Source of the DNA: Antedon mediterranea
Lineage: Eukaryota; Animalia; Echinodermata
Direction of reading: 5' to 3'
Assembly (NCBI RefSeq): GCF_964355755.1
Contig: NC_092671.1
Span: 744,001 to 808,000 of the forward strand
Length of the DNA: 64,000 bases
A program made the translations under genes and the position numbers. Of the stretch, positions 1 through 41,580 are shown one piece after another. Within the stretch, counting starts at the first letter, position 1; each line of letters opens with the position of its first letter. Under the pieces are notes generated by a model. The model saw only the letters and a list, made by a program, of their open reading frames with translations. It did no database searches and had not been told where the DNA came from.

Positions 1-115
1 TTAAAATTATTAATAAAAAAAACATTTAATAAATCAATATTCAAGTATTTGAAATAAATATTCAATTGCAGATAAAAAGTTGCAGCCTGCTAATTATGTA
101 TTCATATTATCTTAG

Positions 116-22013
<21,898 letters not shown>

Positions 22014-22494
22014 TTTATTTACTGAATATAACATTTAGAACACCTTGAGTTAATATTTTATACTCATTTTTATATTAAATGAATATTATAAGTAAATAAA
22101 TTAAAAGCAAAAGTTTCTTTCAAAGACAGGTCAAATTTAATTTTTATTTTGATTTAAACTGCTAGATTTTAAAATTTAACAATAAAATTTAAACTGCATT
22201 ATAGTGTGGTTTAGTAGTGCTTTTTAAATTGTAATTTCTCATTAAATTAAACAGCAAATAAACAGCAAATACCAAAATATAGAAAGAGTATTGTAATATA
22301 AAAAGACAGGGTATTAACCCATAATTATGATAATAATGGTGATATAAATAATAAATAATATAAAAGAGTAATATAAAGTTATCTATTATCATTTGGTAGA
22401 TTATTATATTTAGTGTGCAAAGCATAATAATCATGTTTAATTAATTTAAATTAAAACTATAGACCTGGGCTTCTCATTATTTGAAAGTACTAAA

Positions 22495-22627
22495 AAGCTC
22501 TGTCCACACTATCAAACTAGTGTGATGTGCCCAACTATGGTAGTGATATGATGTCATCGTGTCCATATTATATGGACACATCACATTTTCATTTCTCACA
22601 TAAAGTTTGATAGTGTAGACAGAGCTT
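22495..22627. mobile_element. MITE family A copy
   Basis: aagctctgtccacactatcaaact...agtttgatagtgtagacagagctt. Confidence 0.85.
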
Positions 22628-22805
22628 TAGTGTGCAGGGAAAAAATATTTATGTGCTAAGATGACTAAGATTTCGTTTCTAGCTTTACCTGTTAGCACTT
22701 GAAGACAATCTTGTTGTGGTATAAGAACATTGCACTTTGTAATTCATTCAAAATAGTGATAAACACTGCCACTAACAGGTTGCACAAACACATAGGCCTC
22801 GAAAA

Positions 22806-23030
22806 AAACTTGCATCACTTATCAAAACTCTATCAAAACTGGCGTCGCCTATCAAAACTCGCGTCGCTTATCAAAACGGAGTTCACACACGCACACACAC
22901 TGGGACGTCTACATATGCATTTGGTGTGTGTCTTTGTGTGTAAAATCTGGAGTTTTGCTAGGTGACGCGAGGTTTGCTAGGTGTGACGCCAGTTTTGCTA
23001 GGTGACGCAAGGTTTGCTAAAAGTGACGTA
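22806..23030. mobile_element. Foldback-type element with arrays of inverted subrepeats
   Basis: Left arm gcgtcrcytatcaaaact x3-4, right arm agttttgctaggtgacgc x3-4 (reverse complement). Confidence 0.65.
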
Positions 23031-24659
23031 ATACAGTACTACACGATTACTTCTTCATCTAACTTTTACTGTTGTCTAATACTTTAAGTAGATTTTAATA
23101 CTTTTAATTCATTGTTTAAAAACAATTGCATCGTAAACAATTGCATAGTGAAGTACTATTTTTGTATAAATTAAAGAAAAAAGACATTTTTATATGAAGT
23201 TTGTAAATTAGAAATTTGAATGTACATATAGTTATGATACCAATGTTATGGTATTTCCGATATGCTTAATATTTGGGGTTTGTGTATAGATAGAATATTT
23301 GTATAAATAATCTTTTTATATTTTAATTTACACAGCTTAAGTAGCTTTGAGAAAAAGTGCCTTGTGCTTAATTATTTAAACTTAAAAGTTTTTAACTAAG
23401 TTATTGTACTGTATATGTTTTGTAAGGAGTAAGTGTTTCATTCAATAAATTTATTTGGTAGTTATTCGTTCACATATTCAAGTTAGGAAAGAATTTGTAA
23501 ATATCAAAATCAATATTTTAATTTCAAATGATGTAAAATTACAATTCAATCTCATGTTCCAACTTGAGAACAGAGTTCCAATTGCTATTCAACTTTTGAA
23601 TATGTCACTCAAATTTCGATGAGGGTGTTTGGAATAAGCTTAATAAGGTTTAATGTTTTAATTTGTATTTTTTATTTCAAATTCAAAAATGTTAATGTCG
23701 CGGATGAAACGAAATAATCTATGCCTATGTCTTTCTATTGTATTTGATTACAAATTCCAAGGGGTAATAGGTTGTATTATCTTTAATTGCAAAAAGTGGG
23801 TTACCTTGTGGACACAGGGCAAATGAGTTGACCAATCACAATCAATTTATCAACAAACTTGTATTTGTATTAGGGTAAATGTGTCATGTGCATTATTATT
23901 TTAATATTCAAATTGATAGAATTTATTCTAAAATAAAAGGAATTTCAGAAAAAAAATGTTTATTTATCCATTAAATTCATATACCTCAGAAAAAGAGGTG
24001 TGATTTTAATGAGTTTTTAAAAATATCTATTTTTCAAAAATAACGAAACATTAAACGTCCTAACAGTACGATACACGGTGCTTCTTTCACTCAATGACAT
24101 TATGAACTTAATTGTTATTATCACCTTAATATTGACAGACTATTAATAATTAATAGATGAGAATATAAATACATTTAGTTTTGGGTCGTCAAATTCCACT
24201 CCCCTCAATCCCTACTCACACCGGGCCCAGTGTATTATTAATGCACCACTGTGTTTCAGCAATCCTGAATTCACCCCTGCTAAATAACAATTATTACAGA
24301 TAGCGTAAAATTAATAAAATTAACATACAATCAAAGAAAAGCACTTATGTACATATACAAAATGATATCACTGCTACCATAAAGATATTATTCTATGCTG
24401 CTACCAAAATAACTACGCCAAAGTTAGGCCTATTGTCGTCTAGGTACACTTGACTTTTGACCTTGGAAAGACTAGCAATTATTAATAAACTTCATGATTA
24501 CTCAGTCATCCGAACACAAGTGACAACAATTCAGCAAGACTCGACAATTTTTAACAATCCTGGAGTTATAAACCCCGCAAACCATGACCACTGGTAGTCT
24601 ACTAGACGGAAGGCAACTTTGAGTGGATACTAAAACTCCAATCATTCTTGGATGCTATA

Positions 24660-27600
24660 ATGTCGGTTTTAACTACAGAACGAAAAGTTTTGAACTTAAA
24701 GATTCTTGTTGTGGGAGACAGCGGCGTTGGTAAAACCTGTTTTATTTACCAATTTTGCGATGGTAAATTCTATCCTAATTACGTATCTACAGTTGGTAAG
24801 TAGGAATCAAATAAATCACTTAAAATCATTTCTATGCAATAACATTTTAGTTGGTCTATAAAAGAACATTTTATTATAAAAAAAAAATGTCAATTTTAAG
24901 TTTGAGTTTATTGCAATCTTTTAGCAAATTCTAAAAGGAAAAATCAATATAATAACAACAATGCATTATTATATGTTTCGTATTGGCCTAATAGTGCATG
25001 CAGTAGGCAAACCATTCTTATGGACTTAATAGTGCATGCAGACTAAACAATGATCTGTGACAAGTCTACGTCAGTTACCGATTATATAAAAAAAACAAGG
25101 AGTTCATAATATTGGGGCATAAAGAGACCAAGCAGAACCAATACTTATTATTGAAATTATCATTAACTCCGAATATTTGCCCTATTATACTTAAGGTATA
25201 CTTAAGTATTTTCAAAAGAAGCTTACCATAGGATTGTTCATGTTACACAAAATATTAAATATTATTAAAGTTAAGAAAAGGTTTCGTTGCGTTTTTTAAA
25301 TATTAGGTCAGACACACAATTTAGGATAAATCAAAAAACCAACTTAAGCTGCATAGTAGTCGAATTACCGTAAATTATACGGTAATTCGTCTACAACGCT
25401 TTTCTTTCTAATTGATTACATCATGGAGTATTTATTACTCCATGATTATATTAACTAATTCTACCTTAAATATATATCTATATTCTACAGGTTGTGACTG
25501 TCGGAATGTTACGACAGACGTTGACGGTACACGTATGCAATTACAAATATGGTAATGTAATAATATGCTCATTTTAAAGGGTTTTATATCCAAACGTTTC
25601 ACAAATATACTTCAAAATACGGCACTCTAATAGAAAACGTCATAATATTGCGTAAAACACGAATGGGCCAAACTTGGGCCAACGAGGAATGGTGTTCTGT
25701 TTATACTTTTGATTTGTTTTTTGCTTTGTATATCTCCACTGAGATCCAGCCACATCATTGCCATTGAAGGCCTTATATTTTTATTTGAAAGATATATTTC
25801 CCCCTGAAAAAAATATTTTTTTAATATGCTATTTTAATGTCACATGATAGTTATTTATTTAGACCAAAAATTGGATCGGAAAAAATATTTATCTGAAAAA
25901 ACTGTAATTTAGGCCTAAAGCAAAAACAGTCAAATTGGCTTTCAGTCAATGGGTTTTGAGTAAATTTTGTAATGTTATAATTTTTCTATGAATGTAAATA
26001 ACTTAAAACTAAAAAACGGCCTATTTAAAGTCTGATTTTAAATGTTTTCGGGACAATACATCTTTAAACATTATAGATGCGCCTTTACATTAAAGTGGGC
26101 ATTGAAAAAAATACATATAATTATAGGCCTATACTTGTTAATGAAAGTTTTTTTTATTACTATTAGCGAATTCTGCTATCAATTTCTAACTAACAAATCT
26201 ATGTGTTTAGTTATATGTTTTAATAATATTTAATACTTCCGCAAACTTGTACAAAGATAATTAAAAAGACAATAGAAATACGGAACATCTGCCTAGAAAA
26301 CCAACTAAACTAACACGTGATGAAATTAAAGCATCTGCCTATTTACATTTACAGTGATTATCTATCTGTATATCTGTATGTATATCAGCTTTCTGTAATG
26401 TTTACATATTGGTAATAATTAAATATTTAAATTAATATATCTGCTTATTCTGCAACACAGTAAATATATTATTATTGAGAATCTGTCAATAAGAGATGAA
26501 TATTAATAGTTACATTAAAACATCTGCTCGGTTCTATTGACATCCCGATTTACATTTACGGTATTTATCTTAATCTTTGTGTTATATTGGTAATAATTAA
26601 TACTTATTTCAATAGTCTGTATCACAGTGATTGCTTTATTGAGCAAAAACACCATATACCTATTTGCACACTCTTTAATTAGCTAATTTGACGCTTAGAC
26701 GTGATCATACTACTCAATGGGAGTTTCCATTTAATATATACGGTTTGTTTGTTTGTTTGTAATATTTATTGCTATCCATAATATACACAATACAATACAT
26801 TATAATTTGAAATCAAAATCATACAAAAACTAAATAATTATGCATTTATATGGTATCAGAGGATAACCCTTTAAGCTGGGAAGCTTGTTTCAGAAGGGGT
26901 CCTCGACAATTATTAAACATCTAAACATTTTTAAAAAAAAGGAAAAGAAAGAAGAAGTTATAGGCCTATACAACAATTTACAATACAATAGTTCAATGCC
27001 TATGAAATTGTTAACAATAGCACTTAATTTTAGTTGTAGACAGACATCATATAAACAGTGCCATTGTACTTTTTTTCACAATTATTTCACTGCCTATCCC
27101 ATGTTGTAATAGTTCAGTTAGGACCCCTTTTAAAGGTAAACTTTGTAAACAAAATCAGCGGTCTCATTTCTAATTACATGTGATGATACTCAGAAGGTAC
27201 TGTATGTCTAACGCATAGAATGCCATTAACAATTAATTTAGAGTAAAATGGAACATTTCAATACACGCGGTTTGGAAGCCTTTAGAACACAACGTGTTTG
27301 AGCATTGAGAATTATAGTATGTCAATATAACATTAGGCGATGTGGTGCACCAACCATCAATACATATCTATATACATATATATACATACAAGAATTATAA
27401 AATCATTTATTGTATCAATTATTATTTGATTTTAGTATGTTTGAATACGTCATCCTATCTTTGTATCACACCAGCCAGCTATGATTTTACAATGACAAGC
27501 AATTTTGTCGAGTGCAGCTCTGCTTCTGTATTGTAATCGTTTGCACAGACCATGGAGAAATAAGTTAACTTAAGCTAACTTATTTCTCCATGCACAGACG

Positions 27601-30600
27601 TACGCATATCTGCTTTAATTGCTTTAATGTTTGCCTGGTGAGGATAAGAATTGAACACATGATTTTGGTAGCGTTGTAATTTTCTTTGAGTTTAGTAAAT
27701 GTTGGTTCCTACGCAAGGTAAGGAAATGCCCTTCTAATTGTGTTTTTCCCCGTCTGTGTGAAATCAACCCTGCGATGTTTGCAGCACTATTGCGTCGTCG
27801 GTTCCCACTTAATTACGCAATACAACACCTTGTGTCAATACTGCGTTGCGTTCTAGTGGGAACCACGCTTTAGTTTAAGCTTGGTTTCCACTAGGACGTA
27901 ACACAAGGACATACGTAGCGATTACAAGCGATTTTCAGATGATCCATCGCATCCATTGGTCAAATTTCTTGCGTTGCGCTGACGTCCTTGCGTTGCATCC
28001 TACATCATTATTCCTACACATTCGTTATTTTAAGGACTCACGGATTAACTTTACAAATTTAGGATTGTCCAATTGCTAAATTTATTAGATACTGGTATCT
28101 AGTTATTATTTACTTGTCTGGCTGCAGACGGACTATTATTAATAGGTCATATTTTACAGACATAAACAATTGACATGAAATGTTGACAGAAATATTGATT
28201 ACACAGTGGTTATATAACTCACTGTTGACATAAAGAATACAAGAACGCCTTAACAATTGGCCGTGACGTCACATTTTACATACTTAGTGTGAACTTTAGT
28301 AGCCGCCCATCACGTGAAAGAATAATGACAAACGTACACGCGCGTAATTCAACTGTACGGTCATGCGTATATTATTAAGGGAATGCCTCCAATCGAAAAT
28401 ACAAGAGGTACTTTCATAAATTATTAGCCGGAGAGGACAAAATGAGAAATCCATGGTGTGGTTATAAAAAGAGCTGGGCTATTTAGTATTTACAATAAAA
28501 GTATTTTATTTACTAAAAATAACATTAATAATAACTTACGTTCGGCATAATATAATCCTTCTAAATCCAATTATGTCCACACGTAAATTGTTATAAATCA
28601 CAAGTACCTAACGGATAACATCAAAAACGATCTCTAATTAAGGTGCGTGTTGCTGCTTTTTCTGTAGTTTTTATCAATAATTATCAAATACATTTTCATT
28701 GACAACCCGCATTACTTGATAATGGTTCAAAATGTTGAAATTTAATAAAATAATACACTGTTAACACAATAACGTTCCTTTCTTCTCCATGGCAAAGTAG
28801 GACAGCAGGCCTATTACGCGGAATGCACCACATGTCATGGAATATGCAAATAACTCTAAATAACTAGTGTGTTGGCCAATTATAGTGGTTGTTAGTTCTT
28901 GATATCTATGTGGCCTGAGAACTACCGAACCCGTGCATTCTCTGACAAAGGTTGCCCGAGAACTACCGAGCCCGTTCGTTCTCTGACAAAGGTTGCCCGA
29001 GAACTACCGAGCCCGTGTTTTCTTTGACAAAGATGGCACCGATAATTGCCCGTGTGTATATTTATTGTTTTATAATTCATTTTTTTCATTTTTTAAATTT
29101 ATTTCAGGGATACGGCTGGTCAAGAGAGATTTCGTACTTTAACGTCAACATATTACAGGGGTGCATCAGTATGTTCAAACATTTAAATTGTTTTCTTCAA
29201 GCGTCATATAATGTTAAGGTTTCCATTCATTCCTCTTGTTGGAATGCGTCCTTTTGTCTCCTAATAAATGGCAGGACGTCCATTCTGGGGCTTGCCCCCC
29301 CCCCTCCCCCACCGAATTAATCACGTTCCTTAACTGTACCCTTAACAAAAACAGTGCATTTTAATCTGATTACATTTAACTTTATATAATTTCGTTTAGG
29401 GAATCATATTGATGTATGACGTAACAAATGAAGGTTCTTTTAATAATATTACTCACTGGTTGGAAAACATTGTACATGTAAGTTGCTTTTAAATTTATTC
29501 ATAACTGATTTAATCAGATACAAACTTCATTAAGATAATGTATTCGGCACTATAAGCTCGTAGGTTATAAAGTAGGGTTAGAACTTCCTTTTTTGCTAGA
29601 GATTTGAAGCAAACTTTAGTGTACGCCTACCTCGTTTCCATTTTTAGCTAGCTACAACAATCTTTTCTTAAATTTTTTTTTATTCAGTGGGTCTAAATTC
29701 TTTATGTGCAAAAAGAACCCCTTCTAACAATCCTAGCTGCAGGCTTACACTAATGTAATGAATGAGATGGCTCTCACTATTCAGTTACGTCAGAATAAAA
29801 CATCTTAATTTACATTTCTTACAGAATGCCTCTCAGGATGTTTGTAAAGTATTAGTTGGTAACAAATGTGATAAGAACGAACGACAAGTTGATTACAGGC
29901 GAGCACAAACAGTAAGTTATCGTTAACCTTAGTTTTCATGTTGATATAAAGTTTGCGGTACACGTGTATTAGTTCTGAAAAGAACTGTTGAGTTTCTCGA
30001 CGTTTTGATCAATATGCATGATATGCATCGTCCTCAGGAGTGAAATTAGTTTTCATCTCATTTTTTGTTAATAGATTCGATTGAAAACGAACAAAAATAA
30101 CCCTCCTACACCCTTCTCCACACCATTATTAAACATGTTTATTTGATTTAAAACAAAGTCGGTCTGTGGTTCAGTCTGTAACGATTCTCCAAAAGACGTA
30201 GAAAGTTCCATTAATTTAATGAAAGCATGCCTAAACTGAAGATTCAGGTGGTTGATTGGTCGATTTCGTTCTTCAGTTTATTATTTTTTCTCTCTTTTTT
30301 AATGAGACCCTGATTATCAACTGGAATTAATTTACCCAGACAGAGGGGTTATCCCCTATAAACAAAATCATATATACAATAGATAAGTATTGATTTGCAA
30401 CAGAAAGACCGAACTTAAAAATAAAGTCCGGTAATAAGTAGCGCTCGATCAAATTCTAAGTAATCATACCAGGGAGTTGTCTAATAACAACTCCCTGATC
30501 ATACGACACGATAAGAAATAATTGCTTTTAATGTCATTGTAAAATTTGAATGACAGGTATCTAATAGATACAATGACATTCAGATATCATGTCTGCCTCT

Positions 30601-31651
30601 TTGTCAACGTTTATGTTTTGGACTATGGATAGATGAGTCAGCATTCTGTATACACAAGACATAGTGCATAACAGTTTGAGTCAATAGTTGTTACCAATAT
30701 CGTAACGCGTCAAATTTAAGTACAGATAACAAACGCTTAGAACATGTTATACATAACATTATTACGAGCTTGTTGTTAGCATATATGCAGGTGTGGGTGT
30801 AAAAGTGATGTATGATACCAATAAAATCCAAAAAGATATAATATTATAAAGAATCAAATATATATAATTGTTTTGCAATGTAAATATGTTAAATTTTACT
30901 GTTTGAATGTGAATCAAATGTAGGCCAACCCTTTAATCTTATCCATTGTTTGTACCATTTCACTAATAAACATTAATTATTTGTATATTAACAACCCCAA
31001 CTGTGAGTAATCTACTAGATTTGCTTAGTCCTTTCATAATTGTGACACCACTTCAGTTTGCAGATTCATATGATATGAAGCTTGAAGAAATAAGCGCCAA
31101 GAAAAATCAAAATTTAGAACAAGTTTTTGAATCATTGTGCACAGCAATCATGGAACAAAGGCAACAGAGAGTAAGTATTAGTAACCATCTCAAAACCAGT
31201 CTTCTAATGTAATGGTGTAGATATATCCCTTGCCATGTCACACACTCTTGTCTTGGTTTCATGGATGGGTAGGAGGTGGATGGGTGAAAGGGTTTGGCCC
31301 TCTGTGTCTAAGCAAATATCACTGGGCATAGAGTGATATCAGTAGACGTAATTAATAAAGCACACTGGTATTGTATCGTGGTGCTTCTCATGTTATTAAT
31401 CCCAGGGTCCGTGGTCCAAATCCTTGTCTCATTTTAAAAACACTGTTACTATGGTGTACAGACTTTTGCACTTCTTCTGCTGTGATTGGGAACTAGCACT
31501 GTTGGATGAAACTTTAAAAAATGTTTTAAAATTACTACAATTTATCTTTATATTTCAGTTGAGTCACCCAGAGCATGTTGAAAGTGCAATCAAGGAAAGC
31601 CAAGTCAAGTTGTCTGGTAAAGAAAAATCAAAAAGTTGGTGCGGTTGTTGA
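24660..31651 (+). CDS. Rab-family small GTPase (divergent Rab8/10/13/15-like), 209 aa, complete
   Basis: Exons 24660-24795, 25491-25551, 29108-29168, 29400-29477, 29825-29911, 31057-31170, 31559-31651 total 630 nt in frame. Motifs: GDSGVGKT, WDTAGQERFRTLT, YYRGA, GNKCD, EISAK, C-terminal CXC (WCGC). Confidence 0.93.
27544..27599. mobile_element. P-superfamily-like excision footprint (16-bp TIR stubs with 7-bp TSD)
   Basis: cacagac | CATGGAGAAATAAGTT aacttaagct AACTTATTTCTCCATG | cacagac. Confidence 0.7.
27698..28002. mobile_element. Two adjacent copies of MITE family B (TIR AAGC(G/T)TGGTTCCCACTAG..CGCAACGCA); relatives at ~18244-18398 and ~20771-20860
   Basis: ctagtgggaaccacgctt at ~27852-27870 and aagcttggtttccactagg at 27878; aagtgtggttcccactagg at 20771. 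Confidence 0.7.
28918..29030. repeat. 39-bp unit x3
   Basis: gagaactaccgarcccgt..ttctctgacaaaggttgccc repeated in tandem. Confidence 0.85.
29971..30044 (-). mobile_element. Penelope-like pseudo-LTR remnant with a degenerate hammerhead core
   Basis: Minus strand CTGAGGA-cgatgcatatcatgcatattgat-CAAAAC-gtcgag, then cagttcttttcagaact. A more decayed relative is at ~48085-48155. Confidence 0.45.
30463..30504. mobile_element. P-superfamily-like excision footprint with 7-bp TSD
   Basis: atcatac | CAGGGAGTTGT ctaata ACAACTCCCTG | atcatac. Confidence 0.65.
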
Positions 31652-32219
31652 CATGAACAAAAACATTATCTTGGACAGTAAAATTTTGGATGAATCTCTA
31701 AACTTTGTTTCTGTAATGTTGAATAATACAAAACATTAAACAATATGTTTATAATTATCATTTTTTATATTGATTTTCACAAAGCCTACTCTAATTAACA
31801 CATAAAGTATAGATTATAGAAAACTTTGGCATACATATCTGGGTATGGCTCAAGTAATACAGTTTTGTATATGGTACATTTATTTCCATATTAAAAACAT
31901 TATTAAACAATTTACCATGTTTTAAGACTGGTTCTATTTTAGAGGAATCTGATGAATTAAGTTATACTTAAATTAATATGTAATAGTAAAGTAGGTTTTT
32001 AGAAGAGTTGTTTTGTGTGCAATAATAGTGTTGAATGGTAGAAAAAAGGTGTTTTAGTTGGACATATTAGGTCATAGTGTTGAATAGTAAAAAAAAAAGA
32101 CGTTTTAAGTAAGGTTATGTGATGACTATTTAGACTGCATAAACCTGATTTATGTGTATAAAGATGTTAAGTACAACCATACTCAGAACATTGTAACATA
32201 TAATATTATGGACCATGCG

Positions 32220-32355
32220 TAGAGCATATTAGACCATAAGATAAAGCATATGAAAACTTGTAGAGCATATTAGACCATAAGATAAAGCATATGAAAACTT
32301 GTAGAGCATATTAGACCATAAGATAAAGCATATGAAAAGTTCCATTTAGACCATA
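32220..32355. repeat. 41-bp unit x3
   Basis: tagagcatattagaccataagataaagcatatgaaaacttg. Confidence 0.9.
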
Positions 32356-32771
32356 TGAGATACTATATAAGGATTGAATTTAATAAGATTAAAGAAAAAA
32401 TGTGGAATGTATCAATGTATTTATTAAAAAGACAGAATGTGGCTAACTTCCTGCTCCAAGACTTATGAAATTTGCTGTAAATTAAATATAATAAAGTATT
32501 TATTGCAGATAAATAATGAAGTATACATAAAGTATCGGTTTTAGTGATATACAGTATGTTTGATTAACTTTACATAGCAAATATTCCATAGAATAAAAGC
32601 TATAAAGACAAGGTTTAAGAGGAGTGTGATATAAAATCCTATGACATACTATCTTGATCTTTAAACACAATAGTTCATAAAACTTGTAAAGTACATTTGT
32701 AAATTTTATTAGACAGTAGCACTTACCATAAAATGAATATTTATAAATAACATTTTAAAAATTACAAACTT

Positions 32772-39552
<6,781 letters not shown>

Positions 39553-39675
39553 TTAGAGGAATTAAATCATGGAAAATTGTCAACAATAAAAAACTCTGCA
39601 CCGCTCGACTGCATAGAAACGACTGAAAACTCGAGCGGGACATAAACATACCAATTTATAGAGGGCAGTATAAAC
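39553..39675 (-). promoter_or_regulatory. Putative TEX9 5' UTR/promoter with an RFX half X-box and a CTCF-like core
   Basis: Directly upstream of the ATG. GTTTCTATG (39620-39612) resembles a strong X-box half-site; TAGAGGGCAG (39659-39668) resembles the CTCF core. Motif resemblance only. Confidence 0.3.
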
Positions 39676-40704
39676 AATATTCTATTGATCATGTTTATCC
39701 ATCATGATCCAATAATCTTGTGTTGATAATACCTATACAGGTTCTATGATTACAAAAAGTGGATTTTTAAAGATACACACAGGTTAAAGAAAAAACACGA
39801 GACATTTCAAATAAACTTGTACTTAAATTACTTTAATGAGGTTTTATCTTAAGTATAAATGAACGTGGTGGTGACATTTAAAATGTATATACATTATCTA
39901 ACCCTACGCCATCGTATTACAGTATCTTCATAATATACAACTGCTTAACATTCACATATTTTGTTTACAAACATCGCAAATCATACCTTACATAATATTT
40001 CTTTGGTATGTTTCTCCGCAGTTCAGTCATACACGTCTTGTGTACAACTACTATCGTCCTGCCGTCAATATCCTGTTTACCTGTCATCATCATCATCACG
40101 TCCTTATTTCTACTTTAAGATACAAAAATTGAGGTAGTCTTGTTTTTATAATGAGGTATTCAGTATAATACTCTATCTAATAATAATAATTATGGCACCA
40201 TTTCTTTTTTTTTTATCAATTTTCTTACATCTTACGGGTCCAGATTAAAATCTGAGTAAAATAGAGTTGGATCATTAATACTCAACCAGATCTTCTTAAC
40301 ATTATTGGCCAGAGGTCTACATAAAATTTGAACGAGCTGAGGTAATCACAAAATGGTCATTATTTTTTTAAATCACTCTTAAACATTATACTTTAACTAA
40401 TTATCGTATTATAGTAACTGTAGGCCTATTTGCTAATACAGTACATCTATTGTACATGCAAACATACTGTAGACCTACACATGTAAATATAATTATCCTT
40501 ACAATGTATAGTAAAATACAAATCTCTCTCTGATTAAAGATCATACCAAAATCTCTAAAACTAGAGATTTTTTGGCACACAATTTTATCTTATCAATGGA
40601 CCACTAAGACCACACCCAACAAATAGTCTTTAATTAGAGAGACACATGTATGCAAAATATGTTACACAAATCTATGTGTGACTTGTATAAACTAAACATG
40701 AGTA

Positions 40705-40809
40705 GCCCATTTAGGCTTACTTATTTACCCAGGTTAGTTTGTTTCATGAGTACAGTTATCGCTAAGTAAGAACTAAATTACCCAAGTAAATAACTAAGCC
40801 TAAATGGGC
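40705..40809. mobile_element. Small MITE with 24-bp TIRs
   Basis: gcccatttaggcttacttatttac ... gtaaataactaagcctaaatgggc (one mismatch). Confidence 0.7.
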
Positions 40810-41404
40810 ACCATCTTGTAGATGTACAATCTAAGTAAGTCAAACTGCCTTGGTTTATTCTACCAAGCAATTGTTGGTTTCAAGTAAATATTAATATATA
40901 AATTGATAAAAGTGCTAAACACTCAAATATTCCCTGTTTGCCGAATTAATCCATTTTATCTCAATACAAATTATTGAATAGAAAAATGGGTCATGTACAT
41001 TCTATCAAATAATTTGTCATAGTCTTCACTTTCCAAGTAGGTCACGCAAATAATACAGTTAATGCCCTTTTATCAATTGTATCATCAGGTTGTATAAAAG
41101 ATACATTTAACCTTTAACCTTTCGGTATATTTTACAGTATTGATTTGTACTTAATTGATAACTTAAAACACATCAAAATAAATATAACTATCATGTAATG
41201 CTAACAACAATGGGGTAGCACTGATATTAACACATTTTTTATCTACAAACTTAAATACTACCAAGGTAGTGAACTCAGTGCTGTAGTCACAAGAATACAT
41301 TGGTGCAGTGGTCGCAAAAAGACAGAACAACCCTCTGAGCAGGCCACAGGGTTGTCAAAGACCTCTGCCAAAATAGTGGTCAGATTTAAACCAACCATAC
41401 TAGT

Positions 41405-41580
41405 GACTACGGTCCTGAAACTATCTATGGTAATGATAACTGTAAAACCAATCCATGGTGAATGATAACTGTACAACCGTACATGGTAAATATTAACTGT
41501 AAAACCATCAATGGTAAATATTAACTGTAAAACCATCCATGGTAAATATTAACTGTAAAACCATCCATGGTAAATGGTAA
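41405..41580. repeat. ~28-bp unit x6, degenerate
   Basis: aactgtaaaaccatccatggtaaatatt repeated in tandem. Confidence 0.8.

Noticed and set aside
30341-30360. cagaggggttatcccctata as another P-type footprint
   Set aside because: Arms are short and the flanks show no direct repeat.
24660-31651. RAB27A, suggested by human 15q21 synteny
   Set aside because: I do not recognise Rab27-specific features (such as the insertion before LQLWDTAGQERFRSLT or FFRDAMG); exon sizes fit the Rab8 group.
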